A stretch of 64,000 bases of DNA from an uncultured delta proteobacterium (GCA_963832165.1 CAWHTE010000001.1:288001-352000); one strand, 5' to 3'. Counted from the stretch's first letter, positions 10,308 through 19,968 are shown. The notes: a model not told the origin generated them from the sequence alone. Translations and numbers: made by a program.

Positions 10308-10883
10308 GAGAGAGACTCCCCTTTCTCTACTCTGTGTTGATTGCGCTGGGCCGCTCGGATTCGACGGGCCATTCTCGAGGAATCGCGAAAGAAATCCCTC
10401 TCGTAGCCGGAGACGCGGACTCCCGCGATCTCAGGCTGCTGGCTCCCCTTGATCCGGCGCACCCTGCGCGCCCCGATTCAGACGGTCCAGCAGATCTGAG
10501 ACGACGAGACGCCGGTCGGCGGCCTGCCCAACCCCTACGATGCGCGCGAGAAGCTCTTACGGGCGGGGACTCGGCTTCGAAAGCCGGACTCCGCTCGGGA
10601 CCCTCTTGCGTGCATACGAGCCGCCAGTGAATCGATCTGACCTGCGCTCGATCTGCGCTCGTGCCTGCGGCACCGCTGAGATCGGGGGCGAGATTCCCGG
10701 AGATGAGAGAGGCCCCAGAACACCTGAGGCCCCCGAACGAGTACCAGGTCCTCCATCCCGAAAACCCGCTCGCTTCCCTCTGCCGACCGCCTGTTTATCG
10801 AACCCCCCCAGGCCGCCAGAGGGACATGTCTCATCCCCGTTTTGGCTGTTTACTCCTGGGGTCAGAGCGAGTCAAGCGCGAAG

Positions 10884-10931
10884 CCACAAAATCTGGTGGC
10901 TCACTGGGCGCTCGGGCACAACTGGTTGCGC
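10884..10931. promoter_or_regulatory. Tandem NrdR boxes upstream of nrdJ
   Basis: CCACAAAATCTGGTGG (10884-10899) and GCACAACTGGTTGCGC (10916-10931), 32 bp apart. Both resemble the NrdR palindrome and are flanked by minus-strand TTGAC -35-like hexamers. Confidence 0.75.
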
Positions 10932-11052
10932 GTCAATGACTTTTCGGATTCCGCGCCGATCGCGGGACCGCGGTGCGAGCCGCGATCCGACGGCATCCGG
11001 ATTTGCAACCCCGCGAATTCAAAGGGCTGACGCCTTCCGGACCGGATTCGGG

Positions 11053-11727
11053 CTAGGGGAGGCCCGTGAAGCGCACGCCGATCCCCTCCGAAACCCGGTA
11101 CCGGATGTTGAATCCGATCAGCAGCGCGGTGATCGACTCGACGATTCGCGCGTTCGCGAGCGGCCCGCCATCCACGCCGCGCAGACCCGGAACGAGAGCG
11201 CATAGCTCCATCACGCGCGCGCGCGGCTCCTTCTCGCCCGAGACGACCACGTCGCACTCCACGGGGTCGGCGAGGTGCTGCAACCGATGCGCCGAAACGT
11301 TCTGGAACGCGGATACGACGTGGATACCGTCGGGTACGAGCGAGGCCACGAGCTCCGCGCACGAACCCTGCCACACACCGATCATGCGCGAGGCGGCATC
11401 TCCGACGGCCGAGGCGAGCGGAACTCCCATCGAGACCACGATCTGACCCGGCACGAGCCGTTCGCGAATCGATTTGATCGTGCCCGCCGTGTGCTCGAAC
11501 GGAACCGAGAGGATCACGATTCCGGCGCGCGCAGTGGCGTCGCCATTTTCGAGCCCCTCGACGGGCGCGCCGGGCACCTGCTCGCGCACGTTCGCGGCCG
11601 CGGTGACGGCGCGGTCGAGCGTGCGGGACCCGATCACCACATCGCGTCCGGCCGCGCAGAAGCGCAGCGCGAGCCCGAGCCCCTGGTCTCCGGTGCCGCC
11701 GAGAATCGCGATCGGTCCGTCGGGCAT
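11053..11727 (-). CDS. npdG: NADPH-dependent F420 reductase (F420H2:NADP+ oxidoreductase)
   Basis: IAILGGTGDQGLGLA, IGSR, GLEN, SAFQNVSA, DGGPLANARIVESIT. Confidence 0.88.
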   Translation of the reverse strand: MPDGPIAILGGTGDQGLGLALRFCAAGRDVVIGSRTLDRAVTAAANVREQVPGAPVEGLENGDATARAGIVILSVPFEHTAGTIKSIRERLVPGQIVVSMGVPLASAVGDAASRMIGVWQGSCAELVASLVPDGIHVVSAFQNVSAHRLQHLADPVECDVVVSGEKEPRARVMELCALVPGLRGVDGGPLANARIVESITALLIGFNIRYRVSEGIGVRFTGLP

Positions 11728-11782
11728 GGCGGATCTCTGCGCCTCCGATCTCGATCTCACGCACCGCGTCTACCATAGGCGG

Positions 11783-12094
11783 ATGGTCGAGACGGGCGCA
11801 GCGTACACGCCGACCGAGATCGCGCAACGCGGATCCCGCGCGCTCGCGATCCGCTGGTCCGACGGAGTCGAGTCGGTGCTCGACGTGCGCGAGCTGCGCC
11901 TGGCGTGCGGCTGTGCGGAGTGCATCGACGAGTGGAGTGGAGCGGGGCGCCTCGATCCCGCGTCGGTGCCCGACGACGTCCACCCCGTGCGGATCCAGAC
12001 CGTGGGCCGCTATGCGATCCAGATCGAGTGGAGCGACGGACACGGCTCGGGGATCTACCCGTTTCGCCGCCTGCGCGAACTGGGCGGGGGCTGA
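11783..12094 (+). CDS. DUF971/GBBH-N-like Zn-binding protein
   Basis: IRWSDG...LRLACGCAEC...VGRYAIQIEWSDGHGSGIY. Confidence 0.85.
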   Translation: MVETGAAYTPTEIAQRGSRALAIRWSDGVESVLDVRELRLACGCAECIDEWSGAGRLDPASVPDDVHPVRIQTVGRYAIQIEWSDGHGSGIYPFRRLRELGGG

Positions 12095-12118
12095 CTCTCG
12101 ATTGCTACGCTGCGCGGC

Positions 12119-12874
12119 GTGCCTCTGCCGCTCGAAGACGCGCTGCGCGCCGCGCAGGCCGCCGCCGACCGCGGGCGCCGCGAGGTGATGAGCCGCTTTC
12201 GCCGCGTCGCGGTCGAGACCAAGCGCGACGGGTCGCCCGTGACCGAGGCCGATCGCGAAGCCGAGCGCGTGATCCGCGAGACGCTGCGCGACGCATTCCC
12301 GGATTACCGGATCCTCGGCGAGGAGTACGGCGCCGAAGGCGGAGCCGAAGGTCCGTGCTGGGTGATCGATCCGATCGACGGGACGATCGCGTTCTCGCGC
12401 GGGATCCCGCTGTTCTCGACGCTGATCGCGCTGCTCGACGACGGCGAGCCGGTGCTCGGACTGATCGACCTCCCGGCGCTCGACGAGCGCTACACCGCGA
12501 TTCGCGGGGGCGGCTGTCATCGCAACGGCCGACCCACGCGCGTCTCCGACGAGAGCGATCTATCGCGCGCGATCGTCTCGCACGGCGACCCGTTCTGCTT
12601 CGCGCTGTATCGGCGCCCCGACGTGTTCGAGCGCATGGCGCGCGAGATCCCGCTGCTGCGCGGATACACCGACGCATTCGGTCACGCGCTCGTGCTCGGC
12701 GGCGGCGTCGGGGCGATGGTCGATCTCAACCTCAACGTCTGGGACGCCGCCGCGACCCAGCTGCTCGTGCCGGAAGCCGGTGGCCGCTGCGAGACGCTGC
12801 CCGAGGTGGACGGCAAGCTCGGGCTCGTGTTCGGGAGCCCGGCACTCGTCGAGCAGCTGCTTCGCTTCTTCTAG
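12119..12874 (+). CDS. Inositol monophosphatase family, histidinol-phosphatase HisN-like
   Basis: KRDGSPVTEAD, ILGEE, WVIDPIDGT, WDAAA. Confidence 0.85.
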   Translation: MPLPLEDALRAAQAAADRGRREVMSRFRRVAVETKRDGSPVTEADREAERVIRETLRDAFPDYRILGEEYGAEGGAEGPCWVIDPIDGTIAFSRGIPLFSTLIALLDDGEPVLGLIDLPALDERYTAIRGGGCHRNGRPTRVSDESDLSRAIVSHGDPFCFALYRRPDVFERMAREIPLLRGYTDAFGHALVLGGGVGAMVDLNLNVWDAAATQLLVPEAGGRCETLPEVDGKLGLVFGSPALVEQLLRFF

Positions 12875-13314
12875 TTCTCGGGCTGTGCGGGCAGCACCAC
12901 GAGCGTGGCCGTGCGATGCGCGGAGTGCAGGTGGCAGGTGATCTGGAGCACCTGCTTGGGCTCGAGCGCCGGAAGCTCGATCTCGTGCTCCTGCTGCGCG
13001 GGCAGCACCTCCGAGACGTTGAGTGCGGGGATGGCGAAGCCGTGCGGCACGTCGGTGGTGTTGAAGATCGAGAGCTTCACGGGGTGGCCCGAGGTCACCA
13101 CGATCGTCGACGGAATGAAGACGTTCTTGCCGCCGAGCTGCGTCGTCACGACCTGGATCGTGGACTTGTCGGTCGTGAAGCCGTGGTGACGCGCGCGGTG
13201 TCCCCCGCGCGGGCCATGGCAGCCCGCGACCGCCGCGAGCAGCGCGACGAGTGTGAGCGCGAACGCCGTGCGCAGCGCGTGAGATCTCGAGGTCATCCAA
13301 CGAGTCGGGCGCAT
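12871..13314 (-). CDS. Cupredoxin-domain lipoprotein, nitrosocyanin-like
   Basis: AGGAG RBS, lipobox VAGC, FIPSTIVVTSGHPVKL, PHGFAI, CHLHSAH. Confidence 0.75.
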   Translation of the reverse strand: MRPTRWMTSRSHALRTAFALTLVALLAAVAGCHGPRGGHRARHHGFTTDKSTIQVVTTQLGGKNVFIPSTIVVTSGHPVKLSIFNTTDVPHGFAIPALNVSEVLPAQQEHEIELPALEPKQVLQITCHLHSAHRTATLVVLPAQPEN

Positions 13315-13429
13315 CGGTTCTCCTCTCTCGGAGCTCGGTTCGCGGCCGGTTACGCGAGGCCTCACGCTATCCTAGCCGCCCATTTCCGGACAACTCGCCG
13401 CGTGCGGGTCCGGCGCACCGAGGTACCCG

Positions 13430-15055
13430 ATGGATCCGAAACCCACCCTCGCCGACGCCCGACTGCTCTGCGCTGCGGCGGCGAGCCTGATCGAGCGCTC
13501 GCTCGAGCGCGCGCGTTCGATCACCGAGGCGGGCAAGCGGATCGACGACCATCAGGTGCTGACCGAGCGCGTGGCCTACGCGGCCACGCAAGCGCGCGCG
13601 GCCGCGGAGCTGACCCTTGCAGTGGCCGAGTCGGAGCGCGGCGGGATCGCCGAGGCGACCTGCGCGGCCGCGGTCGCCGAGCTCACGCGCAGCCTGATCG
13701 CGCGCCTCGAGCCCGCGCTCGACGATCTCGGCCTCGGCGATGCCGAGCTCGAGCGCGCGTTCCCGACCGAGACGCGCGCGGTCCTGCGCGCCGCCGGTCA
13801 CGAGTCGGTGTTGCGCGCGATCGGGCGCCACTGTGCCGAGACGCGCGGGCGCAACGACTGGCCGCTCGACGATCTGCACGAGCAGGTGCGGGCCGCCGTG
13901 CGCGAGTTCGGCGAGAAGGAGGTCGCTCCCGCGGCGGAGCGGATCCACCGCCACGACGAGCTCGTGCCCGAGTCGTTCATCCGCGGGATGGCCGAGCTCG
14001 GCTACTTCGGCCTCGCGATCCCGGAGCAGTACGGCGGCTCCGAGATGGGCAATCTCGCGATGATCCTCACCACCGAGGAGCTCTCTCGCGCGTCGCTCGC
14101 GGCCGCGGGCTCGTTGATCACGCGCCCCGAGATCCTCACGAAGGCCCTCGTGCAGGGGGGTACCGACGAGCAGAAGGCCCACTGGCTGCCCCAGATCGCC
14201 GCGGGCGAGATCATGGTGGGCATCTCGGTGACCGAGCCCGACATCGGCAGCGACGTCGCGGCCGCCAAGTGCCGCGCCGAGCGCCGCGGCGGCGACTGGG
14301 TAATCAACGGTCCGAAGGCCTGGTGCACGTTCGCGGGCCGCGCCGACGTGCTCGCGGTGCTCGCGCGCACCGATCCCGATCCGAGCCAGGGCGCGAAGGG
14401 CCTGTCGCTGTTCATCGTGCCGAAGGATCGTTTCGACGGACACGCGTTCGAGATGGTGCAGCCGGGCGGCGGCCGGCTGGTCGGCAAGGCCGACGCCACC
14501 CCGGGCTATCGCGGCATGCACTCGTTCACGCTGAACTTCGAGAACTACGTCGTTCCGGGCGACAATCTCGTGGGCGGCGAGCGCGGCATCGGCCGCGGCT
14601 TCTACCTCCAGATGGCCGGCTTCGCCGCGGGCCGGCTCCAGACCAGTGGCCGCGCGTGCGGGCTCGCCCAGGCCGCGCTCGAGAAGACCGCGGAGTACGT
14701 CGTGGACCGCATCCAGTTCGCGCGCCCGATCTCGGAGTTCCAGCTCACGCAGTACACGCTGGGCCGCATGACTGCGATGCTCGCCGCGTCGCGCGCGATC
14801 ACCTACGCGGCCGCGCGCGCGATGGACGGCGACGAGCGCGCCGCAGCTCCGCTCGCAGCGCAGGCCAAGCTGCTCGCGTGCGACATGGCGGTCGAGCTGA
14901 CCCAGCAGGGCCAGCTGCTACACGGCGGATGGGGATATGCCGAGGAATACCCGATCAGCCGCTACGTCGTGGATGCACAGGTGCTGCCGATCTTCGAGGG
15001 CGTGAAGCCGATCCTCGAGCTCAAGGTCGTGGGCCGGAGCCTGCTGGCGGACTAG
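13430..15055 (+). CDS. Acyl-CoA dehydrogenase with N-terminal extension (methylsuccinyl-CoA dehydrogenase-like)
   Basis: TEPDIGSD, NGPKAWCT, GYRGM, HGGWGYAEEY, IFEG; ~140-aa extra N-terminal helical region. Confidence 0.85.
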   Translation: MDPKPTLADARLLCAAAASLIERSLERARSITEAGKRIDDHQVLTERVAYAATQARAAAELTLAVAESERGGIAEATCAAAVAELTRSLIARLEPALDDLGLGDAELERAFPTETRAVLRAAGHESVLRAIGRHCAETRGRNDWPLDDLHEQVRAAVREFGEKEVAPAAERIHRHDELVPESFIRGMAELGYFGLAIPEQYGGSEMGNLAMILTTEELSRASLAAAGSLITRPEILTKALVQGGTDEQKAHWLPQIAAGEIMVGISVTEPDIGSDVAAAKCRAERRGGDWVINGPKAWCTFAGRADVLAVLARTDPDPSQGAKGLSLFIVPKDRFDGHAFEMVQPGGGRLVGKADATPGYRGMHSFTLNFENYVVPGDNLVGGERGIGRGFYLQMAGFAAGRLQTSGRACGLAQAALEKTAEYVVDRIQFARPISEFQLTQYTLGRMTAMLAASRAITYAAARAMDGDERAAAPLAAQAKLLACDMAVELTQQGQLLHGGWGYAEEYPISRYVVDAQVLPIFEGVKPILELKVVGRSLLAD

Positions 15056-15077
15056 CACCAGCCGACGGCGGCGCGAG

Positions 15078-15344
15078 CTAGGCGGGCGGATTCTGCCGGT
15101 CGCGCGCGCGCACTTCGCGGATCGATTGGACCGTGAAGTAGATGCCGAGTGCCACGAGGATCCCGAAGCCCCAGCGGTTGAAGGCGACGTGCTCGAGCAT
15201 CTCGGGATCCTGGTTGATCCAGCCGTCGTAGCCGAACCAGAAGGCGAGCCCCCAGAGCAGCACGGGAAGGAACGCCGGGTGATCGAACGGACTCGAGGCG
15301 TCCTCGTCGTCCGCGCCTTCGGGTTCCTTCTCGAGCTCCGCCAT
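15078..15344 (-). CDS. Small two-TM hypothetical membrane protein (88 aa)
   Basis: MAELEKEPEG...FLPVLLWGLAFWFGYDGW...WGFGILVALGIYF, at the tail of a spurious long ORF. Confidence 0.7.
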   Translation of the reverse strand: MAELEKEPEGADDEDASSPFDHPAFLPVLLWGLAFWFGYDGWINQDPEMLEHVAFNRWGFGILVALGIYFTVQSIREVRARDRQNPPA

Positions 15345-15379
15345 CGCGCGCGAAGCTAGCGTAGGCGCCGTTCCAGTGG

Positions 15380-16687
15380 CTAGGCGCCGCCCTCGGTCAG
15401 GAACAGCTCGAGCACGTCGATCATCGGCGCGACGTCGGCCGCGCCCGCCATCTCGCGGCACGAGTGCATCGAGAGCATCGGATTCCCCACGTCGACCGTG
15501 GGTATTCCGACGCGAGCGGCGCTGATCGGGCCGATCGTGGATCCGCAGCCGATGTCGCTGCGCGACACGAAATACTGCGGCGTCACACCCGCGCGCGCAC
15601 ACAGCTCCGCGAACATTCCCGCGGTGCGCGCATCGCTCGCGTACGACTGACCCGCGTTGTGCTTGATCACGGGGCCGGCTCCGATCTGCGGGCGATGCGC
15701 GGCGTCGTGCTTGTCGGCGAAGCTCGGGTGCACGGCGTGGGCCATGTCCGCGGAAACGAGCGCGCTGCGCGCGAGCGCACGCGGCAGCGCATCGCGGCCC
15801 GCGTCCTTCGCGCCGGTCGCGATCCGTTCGAGCGTCTCGCCGAGCAGCGGGCCGAGGGCGCCGCTCGCGCTTCGGCTTCCCACCTCCTCGTGGTCGAAGA
15901 ACACGACTCCGCGCGTCGCGGCACCGGGGCCCCTGCGCGAAACGCGCACGAGCGCGTCGAGCGCGGCGTGACACGAGGCGAGGTTGTCGATGCGCGAGGC
16001 CTGCACGAACTCGCCGCGCGCACCGGCCACCACCGCGGGCTGCGTGTCGTAGGCCATCAGGTCGAAGCTCAGCACGTCCTCGGCGCGGCTCGCGACGCCG
16101 CGCGCGCGCAGCTCCTGCGCGAGCAGCTCCGGCAGCGGCGGGGTGCCTTCGAGGCCGAGCACCGGGACCACGTGCGTCTGAGGGTTCAGCCGCAGGCCCT
16201 CGGTCGAGATCTCGCGCTGGAGGTGGATCGCGAGGTTGGGGATCCGCAGCAGCGGGCGCTCGAAGTCGACCAGCACGCAGCGCGTGCCGTCGGGAGTGCG
16301 CAACACCGCGCGCCCCGCGAGCGAGAGATCGCGGTCGAGCCAGGTGTGGAGCAGGACGCCGCCGTAGATCTCGACGCCGAGCCGGCGGTACCCGTGCGAC
16401 GTGTCGTCGGGTCGCGGGCGCAGGCGCAGATTCGGCGAGTCGGTATGGGCGCCGATCCAGCGGAAGCCGGTCTCGGCCACCGCGAGCTGGCCGATCTCGA
16501 ACGCGGCCAGGCTTCCCTCGCCGCGCACGCAATAGCGCCGGTCGCCCGCACCGAGCTCCCAGGCGTCTCCGGCGTCGAGCGGCCGGAAGCCCGCGGCCTC
16601 GAGCCGTCGCACGCACTCGGCAACCGCGTGATAGGGCGTGGGCGAGCGGTCCAGGAACGAGAGCAGGTCGGCGACGACGTCCGTCAT
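15380..16687 (-). CDS. M18 family aspartyl aminopeptidase
   Basis: SPTPYHAV, AHTDSP, RIDNL, DHEEVGS, SADMAHAVHP, GSTIGP, LSMHSCRE. Confidence 0.93.
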   Translation of the reverse strand: MTDVVADLLSFLDRSPTPYHAVAECVRRLEAAGFRPLDAGDAWELGAGDRRYCVRGEGSLAAFEIGQLAVAETGFRWIGAHTDSPNLRLRPRPDDTSHGYRRLGVEIYGGVLLHTWLDRDLSLAGRAVLRTPDGTRCVLVDFERPLLRIPNLAIHLQREISTEGLRLNPQTHVVPVLGLEGTPPLPELLAQELRARGVASRAEDVLSFDLMAYDTQPAVVAGARGEFVQASRIDNLASCHAALDALVRVSRRGPGAATRGVVFFDHEEVGSRSASGALGPLLGETLERIATGAKDAGRDALPRALARSALVSADMAHAVHPSFADKHDAAHRPQIGAGPVIKHNAGQSYASDARTAGMFAELCARAGVTPQYFVSRSDIGCGSTIGPISAARVGIPTVDVGNPMLSMHSCREMAGAADVAPMIDVLELFLTEGGA

Positions 16688-16696
16688 GGCGACATT

Positions 16697-18157
16697 CTAC
16701 GGCGCGCCGCGCGTGGCGCGCAGCGCGAAGTCCTCCTCGGGCGACTTCACGAGCCGGTGCCGGCCCCAGATCGCGAAGTAGGCGAGGCCGAGCGCATACC
16801 AGAGCGCTGCCCCGATCGCGACGCGCCGATACACCGGGTCGCCCGCGAACAGCGACGCGAGCGTCACGAGCGAGATCGCGAGCGCGATCACGGCACCCGG
16901 CACGCCGAGCGGACTGCGATAGGGGCGCGCGATCTCCGGCATGCGGAGGCGCAACAGCACGAACGAGAGCATCTGCAGCGCGTAGGAGATCACCGCGCCG
17001 AACACGGCCAGGTTCAAGAGCACCGCGCCGACCGGATGCGTCGGGCCGAGCCAGTGCACAGCGAGCGCCACGGCATAACCGATCACCGCGCCGATCCAGA
17101 GCGCGCGATGCGGCGTCTGGCGGCGGCTGTGCGTCACGGAGAGCCAGCGCGGGAAGTAGCCGGCTCGCGACATCGAGTAGATCTGGCGGCCGTATGCGAA
17201 CACGATCGTGTGGAAGCTCGCGACCAGACCCGCCACCGCGACCAGTGCGAGCGCGCGCGTTCCGATCCCGTCGCCGAAGATCGCGCGCAGACTCTCGAAC
17301 AGCGGCTCGTCGCTGCGCCCGAGCGCCTCGACGCCGGGCGGGAGGCCCACCGACAAGACGAGCGTCAGGAACGAGCAGGCGATCAGCGTGAGCAGACCGA
17401 GCACGATTCCGCGCGGCAGATCGCGCCCCGGCATCCGCGCCTCCTCGGCCGCGAGCGGGAGCTGCTCGATCGCGAGGTAGAACCAGATCGCGAACGGGAG
17501 CGCCGCGAACACCCCGCGCGCGCCGTTCGGGAGCCACGGCGCGTCGCCGGGCATGCGCGCGTTCGCGAGATCGAAGTGCGGAATCGCAGCGGCGTAGAAC
17601 ACCGCGAGGATCGCGAGCGCCACCGCGGTGATGACGACCGTGAAGCGGAACGTCGCCTCGACGCCGGCGATGTTGAGCCCGACGAACAGCGCGTAGGTCG
17701 CGAGCCAGAACCACGGCTCGCTGCTCGCGGGAGCGCCCGTGATCGCGCCGAGATAACCGCCGATCCCCACCACGATCACGGAGGGTGTGAGGATGTACTC
17801 CATGTTCTCGGCGAGCCCGGTCACGTAGGCGCCCCAGGGCCCCATGGCCGAGCGCGCGAAGGAGTAGGCACCGCCCGTGTGCGGCAGCGCGGCGGTCATC
17901 TCCGCGATGCTGAAGCAGAGCCCCGCGTACAGCGCGGTGATCGCGATCGTGGCGATCGCGAGCCCGCCGAAGCCGCCCGCCTGGAGGCCGAAGTTCCAGC
18001 CGAAGAAATCGCCCGAGATGACGGCACCGACCCCGAGCGCCCAGAGAGACCCCACACCGGCGTAGCGCCGCAGCCCGCGGGCCTCGAAGTAGGCCGCTCC
18101 GACCTCGTCGTAAGCGACACCCGAGACCCGCTCTCGTTCGCCGTTCGCGTCGGGCAC
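16697..18157 (-). CDS. APC-family amino acid permease (ethanolamine permease-like)
   Basis: WALGVGAVISGDFFGWNFG, HTGGAYSFAR, WFYLAIEQLPLAAEE, RPYRSP; GTG start inferred. Confidence 0.88.
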   Translation of the reverse strand: MPDANGERERVSGVAYDEVGAAYFEARGLRRYAGVGSLWALGVGAVISGDFFGWNFGLQAGGFGGLAIATIAITALYAGLCFSIAEMTAALPHTGGAYSFARSAMGPWGAYVTGLAENMEYILTPSVIVVGIGGYLGAITGAPASSEPWFWLATYALFVGLNIAGVEATFRFTVVITAVALAILAVFYAAAIPHFDLANARMPGDAPWLPNGARGVFAALPFAIWFYLAIEQLPLAAEEARMPGRDLPRGIVLGLLTLIACSFLTLVLSVGLPPGVEALGRSDEPLFESLRAIFGDGIGTRALALVAVAGLVASFHTIVFAYGRQIYSMSRAGYFPRWLSVTHSRRQTPHRALWIGAVIGYAVALAVHWLGPTHPVGAVLLNLAVFGAVISYALQMLSFVLLRLRMPEIARPYRSPLGVPGAVIALAISLVTLASLFAGDPVYRRVAIGAALWYALGLAYFAIWGRHRLVKSPEEDFALRATRGAP

Positions 18158-18253
18158 GCGCCCCCCAGCACGCGATTGTGCGGCCGCGCGCACGCTGCGG
18201 CCAGCCGCTCGAGCCGCAGCCGGCGCGCTGCGCCGGTATGCTCCCCCTCCGTC

Positions 18254-19906
18254 TTGAGCACAGACCAACCCGGCGACGCGGCAGCGATCACGAACGCGGG
18301 GCAGCCGCTCGCGCGCCGCGCGCGCACGGCGAAGCGGCCCGACGCGCGTCTGTCGCTCGCGCTCGCGGCGTGTCTGCTGCTCGCGGGCATCGCGTGCCGG
18401 GAGCTCTTGCGGTACTCGCCGCCGACCCCGGCTCCGCTGTCTGCCGCGGGCGAGGTCGAAGAGTGGTTCTTCGAGCCCTCCGATTCGTCCCCGATCGTGG
18501 TCCTGGTCCTGTGCGGGTGGTTGCTGTGGCGGCGGCGCGGTCGGCTCGCCGCGCTCTGGGGGCGCCAGGCGGGGTGGGGCCTCACCGCGGGCCCGTGGCT
18601 GGCCGCGCTCGCGATCTTTGGCTGGGCGGTGCGAGCGAATGTGCCCGAGCTCGAGGCGGTCGCGTTGATCCCGGTGCTGCTCGGCGCCGCGAACCTGCTC
18701 GGGGGTACGGCCGCGCTGCGCGTGGTGGCAGTTCCCGCCGCGGTGCTGTTGTTCGCGGTGCCGATTCCCGCGCCGCTGATCAACCAGATCCTCTGGGCGC
18801 TCCAGATCTGGACCGCGGACTTCACGGGGTTCCTGCTGGAGCTGCTGCGCTTCCCGGTGATCGTGTCCGGCGATCGCATCATCATGCGCGACGGGCTGTT
18901 CGCGATCATCGAGACGTGCAGCGGACTGCGCTCGATCGAGACGCTCGCGCTCCTGTCGATCCTCATGGTCGATCTGTTCGGAAGGCGCGGCGCCCACGCG
19001 CTGTTCCTGCTGCTGGTCTCTCCGGCCGTCGCGTTCCTGATCAACGGATTGCGCTGTCTCGGGCTGATCTTCAACCCGCACGCCGACGTCGCGAGCATCC
19101 ACAACCTCCAGGGAATTGCGATGCTGCTCGGCGGGGTGCTCCTGCTCTACTTCATCGACGGGCTGCTCGAGCGGTTCGGCTCGCCGCCCGAGGCGATCTC
19201 CGGGCTCGAACGACGCGCGCGCAGCGACGCAGCGCCGCGCGTCGCGCTGGCGCCGCGCGTCGCCGTGTTGGTCGGCTTCAGCGCGGTGCTCGTCGCGATC
19301 TCCTGCCTGCCCCGGTTCGCGGCGCCGGCGTTCGCCGTGCACGCGCCCGCGAGCGCCGTCGAGCGCACGCTCGACGGATGGGAGGGAGCGGAACAGGCGA
19401 CCGACTGGATGTTCCTGGGCAAGACCGGATTCGGTCAGATCATGCACCGTCGGTACACGAACGGATACGAAGCGGTCGACGCGTTCATCGGCCAGGCCGG
19501 TCCGAGCGCGCGCGTGCGCAGCTATCTGTCGCCCAAGGTCGGCTATCCCGGCAGCGGCTGGATCTCGGAGCGCGAAGAGATCGCGCGGATCGCGGGTCGC
19601 GATGCGCTGCTGCGCGTGATGCGAAAAGGCGCCTCGCGTCTGCTCGTGGCGACGTGGTTCGAGGCGTCTCCAGGCCTCGCGGTGGAGAGCGCGCGCGCGC
19701 TGCTCGGACTCGACTCGAGTCCGTTTTCGCGCTCGCGCATCCCGCTCGCGGTGCGCCTCTCCACGCCGCTCCAGGGCGCTCACGAGCGGGCGATCGACGT
19801 GAGCCGAGAGCGGCTCAGGCGGTTCGCCGAGCACCTGTCGCCCTCCCTGCAGTTGCTTTCCTCCCCGGGGGATTCCAACCTATCTGGGAAACCCTTTTCT
19901 CAATAG
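18254..19906 (+). CDS. Exosortase fused to C-terminal EpsI-like domain
   Basis: Multi-TM N-terminal half with LLFAVPIP and catalytic triad Cys (ETCSGLRS), Arg (INGLR) and His (IHNLQG), then an EpsI-like periplasmic domain (LDGWEG...RRY...SPKVGYPGSGW). The TTG start at 18254 is uncertain. Confidence 0.88.
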   Translation: MSTDQPGDAAAITNAGQPLARRARTAKRPDARLSLALAACLLLAGIACRELLRYSPPTPAPLSAAGEVEEWFFEPSDSSPIVVLVLCGWLLWRRRGRLAALWGRQAGWGLTAGPWLAALAIFGWAVRANVPELEAVALIPVLLGAANLLGGTAALRVVAVPAAVLLFAVPIPAPLINQILWALQIWTADFTGFLLELLRFPVIVSGDRIIMRDGLFAIIETCSGLRSIETLALLSILMVDLFGRRGAHALFLLLVSPAVAFLINGLRCLGLIFNPHADVASIHNLQGIAMLLGGVLLLYFIDGLLERFGSPPEAISGLERRARSDAAPRVALAPRVAVLVGFSAVLVAISCLPRFAAPAFAVHAPASAVERTLDGWEGAEQATDWMFLGKTGFGQIMHRRYTNGYEAVDAFIGQAGPSARVRSYLSPKVGYPGSGWISEREEIARIAGRDALLRVMRKGASRLLVATWFEASPGLAVESARALLGLDSSPFSRSRIPLAVRLSTPLQGAHERAIDVSRERLRRFAEHLSPSLQLLSSPGDSNLSGKPFSQ

Positions 19907-19934
19907 AGCCGAAATTGGGAATCCCCGTTCTCCA
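19885..19934. promoter_or_regulatory. Two putative enhancer-binding-protein UAS sites
   Basis: TGGGAA-ACCCTT-TTCTCA (19885-19902) and TGGGAA-TCCCCG-TTCTCC (19916-19933); imperfect palindromes 31 bp apart. Confidence 0.6.
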
Positions 19935-19968
19935 TGTCGTGTCGTTGGGACGGTAAACATTCTAGTAA

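Noticed and set aside
7395..10340. Long antisense ORFs (also 25693-29490, 11905-15081, 44732-46762 and others)
   Set aside because: Shadow ORFs typical of high-GC DNA, opposite or out of frame with well-supported genes.
10308..10860. Cobalamin riboswitch or small CDS upstream of nrdJ
   Set aside because: No recognisable B12 box, and the short ORFs lack coding-like composition.
15464..19906. 1480-aa ORF as one giant protein
   Set aside because: The first ~930 codons are antisense to the M18 peptidase and the permease; only the exosortase portion is real.
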